A stretch of DNA of 62,118 bases, the filler included, from Choristocarpus tenellus KU-1152 (lineage: Eukaryota > Protista > Phaeophyceae): assembly GCA_964200185.2 (NCBI GenBank). It is 7 parts of 7 records of this genome, joined end to end, with 100 filler letters (N's around TTAATTAATTAA, not from the genome) between each part and the next. Parts side by side here need not be neighbours in the genome. Positions count along the whole stretch, not along the records: positions 26,784 to 56,017 come from CAXNAD020000111.1; positions 56,118 to 58,827 come from CAXNAD020025418.1; positions 58,928 to 62,118 come from CAXNAD020021655.1; 4 more parts are not named here. One strand, written 5' to 3'. Of this stretch, positions 53,455 to 62,118 are shown piece after piece. The position numbers and the translations under genes are program-made. The number at the start of each line of letters is the position of its first letter. Position 1 is the first letter of the stretch. The notes beneath the pieces were generated by a model. The model saw only the letters and a program-made list of their open reading frames with translations. It was not told the DNA's origin and did no database searches.

Positions 53455-53711
53455 GAGTCAAAGTACGTTAGAGGGTAGAGCCGTGTCCGTTTGGGGGCCA
53501 AAATCCGATGTTGGGATTTGATGTAATTTTGGCTATTGTATTTGTTAGGAGGTGTCAGTATCCTTGTTCTGGACACACCTTTTCATATCATACCCAATTT
53601 ACCTTCTCCGAAATGTTTCGGAGTAGGTAAAATGCAAAAAAAAGACGTGGGAAGCCAAGCCCAAAACGGACAAACAGATCAAAACTCGCACCCTCTAAGA
53701 TAATTTCACTC
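53455..53711 (-). mobile_element. MITE family B copy
   Basis: TIRs present; TSD TGTG. Confidence 0.9.
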
Positions 53712-54185
53712 TGTGTCCACTCATGCAAACGAGTAGAGTTGAGTATCCTCCAATCCACCAACATATTATATGTAGTCTATTTCCAAGGATTGATCAACCT
53801 GGTAAACACGAGATGCCAAGTCAGAGCTGGTCGTGAACAGGTTAGCTGAAATTTGTTAACAGTTATCTCATCTCTTCACAAAACGATAGACTATACCCAT
53901 CTATGACAAAATGACACACAAAAACGATTGGTCTAAACGAGATGGACAGCCTATATAAAGGATTATGGTATGTGGGTACCACGAGATCTGGGCAAGACAT
54001 ACTAGTCTTAAGAAACACACAAATGAAGAATTGGCGAGGATCTGTACCGCACATATATACAACAGTCTCTTTACTGAAACGATAGGTTACAATATTATGA
54101 CAATGCATGATATACAGACTATGCAAAGGAGTATGGTAACAGTAAATACGAATTCTCAAGTCAACACTATGTAGGACGAGAATTT

Positions 54186-55830
54186 TTACTGGTTAACCAA
54201 TTCATTTACTGCACGATAGGCCGTAATCATTTCACGGCATTGTGGGATCTGTTCTGTTCTTTTGTGAAGATCGCAAGACGGTCCATAGCCACAAAGACGA
54301 AGGCGAGAGATAACATTTAGTGGACGAACGACTACCAGGACCAGGTCCATGTCCAAGAATGCTATCAATAGTGTATTGGCCACTAACAGGTTGAGAGATT
54401 TGATGGTCTACATTCGGTAATGGTAATGGTTTTCCCAGAAACAAATACTCCAGTTCATTCAAATCTGGTGTGGGAGGTTGGACTTGAGGATATAGTAACG
54501 CTTCATTCTACCCAGATGAACAGAAAATTGACGTGGGTTTCCAGGTAAAGCTAACCTGTACGCGATGGTTGATACCTTAGAATGCACTTCATACGGACCC
54601 CTCCAAGGGTGAAGTAACTTCGGATTCGGACCATCAGCACTCTCATGGGGCCTACGGACTAGAACTTGATCACAGGGTACGAAAAACGGGAAACACGAGA
54701 CGTTGGTTGGCACGCTCCTGATTTTAAACGTGTTCATGGAGATCACGATGTGCCAACTTAAATGCAAGCTGTAAGTTATCTTTGGTTTGCTGAGTAAAAT
54801 CTTCAGTAGTGACATCTGAATCAGCATTAGACGAACCAAGGATAATATCAACAGGTAAACGAGCTTGTCTTCCAAACAGAAGGAAAAACAGGGGCTCATG
54901 CAACTTTGCACTGAAAGCTGTGTTTGGACTAACTCTACGAAAGGCAGTAATAACGATGCCCAGTTATCCTCGGCAACGGAGATATACATTATTGCTAGCA
55001 TAGAATGCAATGTACCATGTACTCTCTCTAACACAGAATTTCCTTGGAGGTGATACGGTGTGGTTTTGGTTTTCTTGTAACCAAAGACAGACTGCAACTC
55101 TGCAACAATACTGTTTTCAAATGCGGTAGCTTGATCGGAATGTAACAACTCGGGTGGGTCGAAAATTGAAAGTACACGTTCTACCAGCATACGAGCAATT
55201 GTTGCGACTTCTTTATTTGGAACAGGACTCAGCACAACAAAACGAGAGAGGTGATCAATGGCAGACAACACATACGAGCACATCACACAATTTGTTCCTG
55301 GGGAACATGTTTTGTACTCTACCAAATCATTAGCAACTCGTTATAATAGTCTGTCAACGGGCATATGGCCAGTGGCAAGCGTAGCTTTGTTATGGTAGTC
55401 TTACGCGCTTGGCATGCTTGACAATCCCGACACCATGTACGAACGTCGCTGTTGAATGTTGGCCACCAATACGAGTCTCTAACCTTATCAAAAGTGGGTT
55501 TGAAACCTACATGGCCTCCAGACAATGCAGGTCATGGCAACCATGGAGTACAAGACGGACTAACAAAGGAGGAACGACCAACTGGTCTCTAAACATGCTC
55601 CTCTTACGAAGATGGCCTGGTAAATATGAACGATATAGTAAGCCATATTGAAGGAAAAAATACGACATAGACATCGTTGATTCCTTTTCAGGTGGTTCCT
55701 TTTGAACACATGTGGTTAATGCACGACTACATTTACGCATATTACGACAGATAGGTGCTAGCACTGAAGCAACGGATTTTTGCTGTTCCTCAACTTGAAA
55801 ATACGAGATAGAGTGTGAGGTATAACATTT
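54186..55830 (-). mobile_element. Ty3/Gypsy integrase with probable chromodomain, frameshifted
   Basis: HHCC zinc region (CHD..GGHVG..YWWP..CQACQ); core (AIDHLSRF, HSDQ, PYHLQGNSVLERVH); GPY motif (WRGPY); YTIDSILGH..GYGP. Confidence 0.9.
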
Positions 55831-56017
55831 AGCTTACCGAGCTTGTGTTTGACAGTGAAATTATAAGTTTGAAGTGCAATAGCCCACCGAGTAAGCATGT
55901 TGCTGGTATTCTACATTCTATACAAGTAACACAATGCAGCATGTGTTCGATTAGACTCTTCCAACTCTATCGGACAGTTACGGTAAAATATTTATGGAGT
56001 AATGGAACAATCAATTA

Positions 56018-56117
56018 NNNNNNNNNNNNNNNNNNNNNNNNNNNNNNNNNNNNNNNNNNNNTTAATTAATTAANNNNNNNNNNNNNNNNNNNNNNNNNNN
56101 NNNNNNNNNNNNNNNNN
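56018..56117. other. Artificial contig linker
   Basis: N44-TTAATTAATTAA-N44. Confidence 0.98.
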
Positions 56118-56418
56118 GTGTATGACATACGGCAATAACGGTATAATAACAGGCAAACATGCTTTCCACATATGTACAAAATAAAATTCACTATCAAAAG
56201 AAAAAATGTAAAAACAAGAAATGCCACCGGAAGGTGATGGGCATATTCAAATCATATTCAGGACGGTTAGTGGGCGCTCCATGACGAAAGAGCAGTCTGC
56301 CGTAGCCGTGGACATTCTTAAGTGGATTGAGCGATAAAGGTAGGTCTTTGCCCGAATGGTTTCGACCTCTATCGCTCGCCCTGTCTGTGGCTAAAGCAAG
56401 TGGGGATTGAAGCACAGG

Positions 56419-56890
56419 CTAGGGAACGGATGTGACTGGTTGAACGGGTTTTGATGCATTGGTTTTTGAAATGAATGAGGTCTGTATTTTGCAGGAACCG
56501 AAGCAGATTATTTGTTTACGGCACCACAGACAGTGGGCGAGGAGTTCTGGCTTAACAGGTTGAAGTATCGGTGCGAGGGTTGCCTGTACACTATTTACAA
56601 CCTCTTGGTGTGGCAGTGAAGTTTGGTTTGATTTCTCATCGTGCATGGCCGTTCTGTTCTGGCGAGGTAGTCCTAGTTCCTGCCTAACGATTGGAGTTTC
56701 GGCTGAGGAAGCGAAAGGGTGTGACATGCTAGCAAACATAGCACGCGCATCTGTCAAGGTACTCAAACCATTGTGAGTCTTGTCCTTGTACGATGCAGCC
56801 TTTGTAGCATTTTGGTTGGCTAAAACAAGTGCGTATTGGTTGCTTCGATTGGATAATTCCTCTATGAGATCATCAAACCTTTGAGTGTTA
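56419..56890 (-). pseudogene. Possible retroelement gag remnant
   Basis: Open frame ending in CLWC...C, resembling a decayed zinc knuckle. Confidence 0.3.
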
Positions 56891-57151
56891 CCCCGAGGGT
56901 CTTACCGAGGTCATAATGCTTTTCACTATTGTCCCACACTTGAAATGGGAAATTTCATAACATTTGATAATGAAGAACACTATTGGCAAAACACAAAGTG
57001 ATAGATAAGATTTTCCAATAGAGAATTTCATTTTGCGCCAACACTCTAATGTGAGAAACAGTATTTGTTATTTCCCTATCTATGTTGTACCACTTACCAC
57101 TATTATTGTTGTTCCTATTATTAATGTTGTTGATATTGTGATTGTGGTCGT

Positions 57152-57408
57152 GAGTGAAAGTATCTTAGAGGGTGCGAGTTTTGACCTGTTTGTCCATTTG
57201 TGGCTTGGTTTCCCTCTGGGTTTCTTATGACATTTTCGTATTCCAAAATATATCGGAGTAGGCAAATTATATACGTAAGGAAAAGGTGTCCAGAACAAGG
57301 ATGTTGACACTTCTTAACAAACATGATAGCCAAAATCACATCAAAATCGCAACATTTTATTTTGGTCCCCAAATGGACGCGGTTCTACCTTCTAAGATAC
57401 TTTGGCTC
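57152..57408 (+). mobile_element. MITE family B copy
   Basis: TIRs present; TSD TCGT. Confidence 0.9.
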
Positions 57409-58804
57409 TCGTAGTTGTGATTGTTCCTATAGTCATTGTTGTTGGTATGACGTAGATATGGATTGGACTTAGATAAGGTCTCAACAGGACCTGTCCCTCA
57501 CATTGTTATATCTTATTATTTTTCCCTCTGACATTTTGGAGATGTGTCAGGGAAAAACCAATGAAAACTATTCACATGTCAGACAAATCCCTATAATAGT
57601 AACAGTTGTCTTAAAGGTGAAATACATTGATCTATTCACTATTTTACTGGTCGGTATTTTGTACCACTGCCTTCCTGTGTCTCCAACCTATGATAGCTTA
57701 GTACTGCACTACTTGCACGTTAGGGCGAGATTGTTGTTGTTATTGTTTTTTATATTTTTATAGTCTCTCACATTTTGGATATGTGTTAGGGAACAAACCA
57801 AACCAATATTATTACGAGGATATTACGAGGACCCCTGTAAAAGTAACAATATTGTTATTGTCATTGTTTAGTGGTGTGAATCGTACAGTTGATTAGGTCC
57901 AATTTGATTAAATCCAGTGTGCTAGAAATCGAAATTCTTCTTGGGACCGACTATTAGGTTGCTTTAAATTTTCAAATATGGAATATTTAAAGAAGACAAG
58001 GAAGGACCATAAACATCTCAATGATTGCTAAACAGGCCATGAGTGTGCCTAGATACTCTGAAAACGGTAAGGGCGGGTTCCTGTATGAGTATGACATCAA
58101 TGTCAATCCATCTGATGGATATGCCCTTCCACGTGTGGAGGATGACGACAAGGAAGGCGAAGGGTTAGATGATGCAGAACCTGCCTTGCATGTCGTTGAG
58201 GTGGCGGCCTACTAAGAGAGAGAGAAGCGCGTGACGGACTGGCAAACATTGGAGTTCCATGGTTCAAGAACTGGTACTTGTCACTTCTTTAATGTGTACT
58301 TGAGGGGGAGAATGCCCAATGCAGCTGTATGCTCTATATGTGTGTGAAGAATGATGACTTCTTTAGACCCCAGATCAAGTTTGGAGATTTCAAGTCGGCG
58401 ATCAAACGCTAGAAATCATCTGCAGAGTTCCAAGTCTGGGCACAGGGAAGCCTTTCGTGAGTTGGAGGGATCAGGAACGAAATTGAAAAGTCGGCGTCAG
58501 GTCGTCAGCGACATATTGACTCATATTTTTTTATGAAGGTATCGCAGAGTGGGCCACTCTTCTTTGCCTCTTCATCGTCATGAACGATTGGCCACATTGG
58601 GTGAGGCAGTTTTACACCCCAGCCTTTCGCATCTTGCACTACCTGCCTTCGCATTGTGGATATCAATTACATCCTTGTTCTTCGACATTTGAGGTTTTTG
58701 TCATCCACGGGTGTTCTTTTTACACGTCCTCTTTGACACCATAATGGACTATTAGGTTGATAATCATCCCTCAACCTTCACCTTCCGATGGCAGGTTGTG
58801 AAAA

Positions 58805-58827
58805 GACCCAAAGTATCTGGGAGGGGG
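58805..58827 (+). mobile_element. MITE family A left end, cut by contig end
   Basis: GACCCAAAGTATCTGGGAGGGGG. Confidence 0.8.
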
Positions 58828-58927
58828 NNNNNNNNNNNNNNNNNNNNNNNNNNNNNNNNNNNNNNNNNNNNTTAATTAATTAANNNNNNNNNNNNNNNNN
58901 NNNNNNNNNNNNNNNNNNNNNNNNNNN
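58828..58927. other. Artificial contig linker
   Basis: N44-TTAATTAATTAA-N44. Confidence 0.98.
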
Positions 58928-60483
58928 CCCCCCCCTAGTGTGTGTGTGACACTTGTTTCGCTAACATTATTATTGATTGCGACAATTCAATTGGCTTACG
59001 GTTCGAGGAATAATAATTAAAAAATCCTTGAAATTTATTTATTTTTCTGTTACTTTAACAAAAAAGATCACACTAGTTGTACAGCATCCTACAAGTTTGA
59101 CGTGTGAGTAGAAGTGTCAGAGGGTGTCAGAGGTCACACAGTAGAACCACAAACTCAACACAAGGAGTCAATACTAGTACCCTTACTAGTACCCATTAGT
59201 ATTCAGATCTTGCTGCACATTTCACCATTCATGTCTTTGGTTTATTATTAACCTGCTGAGACCTGAGCATTGAGGCTTTTTTATTTTTTCTGCATGCACT
59301 GAATGTTACATTGAGTTCATTTTTTTTCTTATGTACTCATAAATCTCCTTTTTGGGTCCACAACACTAGGTGTCACCATTTCATTATTATTGTGATTATT
59401 TCTATAGAGTATTCTATTTGCTGTGGTTATGGTGTTGAAAGGCTCCTATTAATACTAATAATAGACAGGGTACACATGGTTGAACTTGGTGTGGGGTGAA
59501 TGGCACAAATATTGTTAATTATATTTTCAGGAGAGTTAGTGTATTAGATGACTTCACAAAGTATTGCACAATTGATAAAAATAATAATAATGAAGATAAT
59601 AATTGCAGAGTGAAGCAAAAGCTTCATAAGTTGCAAAGGGCTCCCTTTATGGGGTGAGATAGCCTTTGTTGTTGTTGTTGTGCACAAGAGTGCAGCTTCT
59701 AGAAAAAATACACCTGTGCAAATACGTATGTTGGGTAGCTATCGCCGTGGTCTAAACCCTAACCCTAACTCTCCACCACAAGACAACAACAAGCAAGATA
59801 TCTAATTTTTTGTTTCACAACAGAACCATTTTTTTACAAAAAAGAAACAAGTTTTTTTTTGAAGTCTCTCTCTCTCCTTCTAGTACAAAGATACAACCCA
59901 AAGGAAAGGAAGGGGAATATTATAATACACATGTCTCTTGGTAGAAGGGAAATGGGTGAATATTCAAAGGCGTTATCACAATAGGCTGTGGGGTGGGGAT
60001 TTAGGGGTTTCATCAATATTGGGAGGGATACGGGTAGGAGGAGAAGTGCTAAGGGGGGGGCCAGGCGGTTGATTGTGGGATTTCCTCATAGTTGGAAGGG
60101 ATGTTGAGAGGAGAAATAGTCTACAACAGAGACAGGGTTAAATACCTTTTCCTCATGCCAAAGTATTCTGTCCGACCTATTTTGAACATTCCACCAGAAA
60201 AAAAGACTAGATTATTTAAGAATAAAAAACATGGGTTTTACTTTCATTATAGATATAATCACAGTATGAATCTAAGAGTGTTTACACAGCAGAATATTCC
60301 CCCCTTCTATTCCTTTTCCAATGCATCATTAAAAAATAATATAATCAAAAAAGTATTTCAGGAAGAAGAGGCGTGCATGCGTATCATGAATCTTAACAAA
60401 CACTTTCAATGCATTACAGGCAATGCCCAAAGGGATGCATGCAGTTCAATGAACATAATAGGTACACACACATAGATACATAC

Positions 60484-61263
60484 CCATGCTAGCGATGGTG
60501 AGTTCTGTTTTTCGAAGAATGCCTTCTGCACCGTCCAAAACCAGCACGACCACCTTACCAAAAAAAGTGCACAAGTATGTGAGGGTATCAAAACAAGCAG
60601 GTGCACGTTTGCAGGACAGGCGTTGCTAGCCAAGAGGCGTTTGTGTCTGTCTGTATTTACGTATGTATTTTTATATTTATGTGGATAAACTTCGAAACTG
60701 TAAACTGGAAAGAAGCAGTAAATCTGTTCACCTATTCCCACTAAAACCACCAAGAATTCACGGAAACATAAAATTTATATGAATGAGCAGGGTGTGTGAG
60801 GGTGTTTGCACGAGGAGATGCTTTCAAGTACTGCAGGGGGGGGGGTTCTTTTCTAAAAAAAACAGAGAAAACTTAAACATAAAAAAGTTGGACTTAAGTG
60901 ACCAAAGGAAGGTATAGTAAGTCAAGGAAAATATTAAGAGTATGTACACACGCAGCCACCCAGGTGTGTACAGTGTGTAACAGAATATTATTATTAGTAT
61001 CTCATTATTATCTCCTCAAAAAGGAGGCGTTTACCGATGCAGTAAGAGGGGGGTACGCTGCCCACCACCATGTGATTACATAAATAAATAAATAAATCCA
61101 TCCATCCAACTCTCCTTCCCACACTGCTTCCTCTCCCACCCCAGTAGTTACCTTGGCTTCACTTCATCACCTACCTGGGCTTTCCTAATAGCGTTCATGG
61201 CGTCCTGGACGGCCAGCTCTTCCAAGGGGGTGCTTGTATCTCGCTTTCCACTCTTCCGAATGC
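60484..61263 (-). CDS. Two exons of an EngA/Der ribosome-biogenesis GTPase (61263-61175, 60553-60484), partial
   Basis: Spliced GIRKSGKRD..LEELAVQDAMNAIRKAQ/VVVLVLDGAEGILRKTELTIA matches the segment following DTAG in the second G-domain of Der. Confidence 0.75.
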
Positions 61264-61379
61264 CTGTATGTTCGGATTAAAGTGTTCCAACATACACATA
61301 AATATACATAAGACAGGTAAGTCACACACAATACGCATAGACACGTATGTAATGTACACGTACGTAAAATTTAAAAGAG

Positions 61380-61381
<2 letters not shown>

Positions 61382-61420
<39 letters not shown>
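61382..61420. repeat. (GT)n microsatellite
   Basis: Direct reading; another (CA)n at 19612-19638. Confidence 0.95.
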
Positions 61421-61421
<1 letters not shown>

Positions 61422-62118
61422 AAAGATGCATGCCGTTTGAATTGTTTCTAAGGTTGCGAGGTGGATTGCATCGCTGTTTGTTGACATAACTATATTTGTT
61501 GAGATAACTATGCAAGACAAACTAAACCATCCGTTTATACCTCTATTTTTTTTACCTCCTTTTCTATTTATATATAGTCTTGTACCATTCATTGCATGAA
61601 AGAAACAGGTGTACCTCCAGTGCAAGCTGAAAGGTACTACATAGTAATAAATGTAAACGTGTACCATCTCTTGTTAGTTACACACACCCCAACTCCCTCC
61701 TTACCCTGGAACATGAAAGGAAGTAAATGCTGGTCAAGAAATAACTACTGCTCAAGACCCTTTTGCCTTCCATCTTCTTTACAGAATATACCCATACACT
61801 CTCCCTCACACCACATCCACATCTTTCAAGCAACATCCGTCACACCTACCTACCCAGTGAATAGCAAGCCTAAAAAAAAAAAGAAGCGCTTTTGAGCCAG
61901 GTCACGCTCCATCCCTCACACACTAATACTCACTGAATCACATGTTCACACCAGGGCAAAGACCACCCTAGAAACTCGTCAAAGATAACGTACTGCTTCA
62001 AAACGCCAAAACTTGAAACCTCCTGCCGCCTGCCCCCCCCCCCCCCCCCCTTCCACCCCCACAACCCCCCCCCCCCTAACCGAGCGCTATAAAAAAAAAA
62101 AAGAAAAATTTTTTTTTT

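Noticed and set aside
58021-58760. Possible piggyBac-like remnants
   Set aside because: Motifs too degraded; no TTAA-flanked TIRs identified.

Overview
Eukaryotic, intron-rich and transposon-littered DNA, most likely from a brown alga or close stramenopile relative. This is inferred from gene families, TTAGGG tracts and LINE/Copia types, not from a search. The window is not one locus. Six artificial 100-bp spacers (44 N + TTAATTAATTAA + 44 N) join seven contigs: 1-12993, 13094-19168, 19269-22034, 22135-26683, 26784-56017, 56118-58827 and 58928-62118. Host genes spliced by hand: a complete 6-exon PITHD1-like gene (minus, 6027-9146), an apparently intronless FNIP-repeat gene, 3' exons of a NOL10/ENP2-like gene, an FHA-like gene, two exons of an EngA/Der GTPase, and an 11+-exon LRR gene (minus, 37715-41581). 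In the LRR gene the repeats sit on single 72-bp phase-2 exons and the C-terminus is two tandem cationic C-C-CC-C-C (knottin-like) modules; this is the most unusual coding object here. The rest is decayed Copia, Gypsy (chromovirus-like), RTE-like and CRE-like LINEs, a DD39D-type mariner with both TIRs, and two related MITE families (15 copies). The MITE families share a TIR core but leave target duplications of different lengths.
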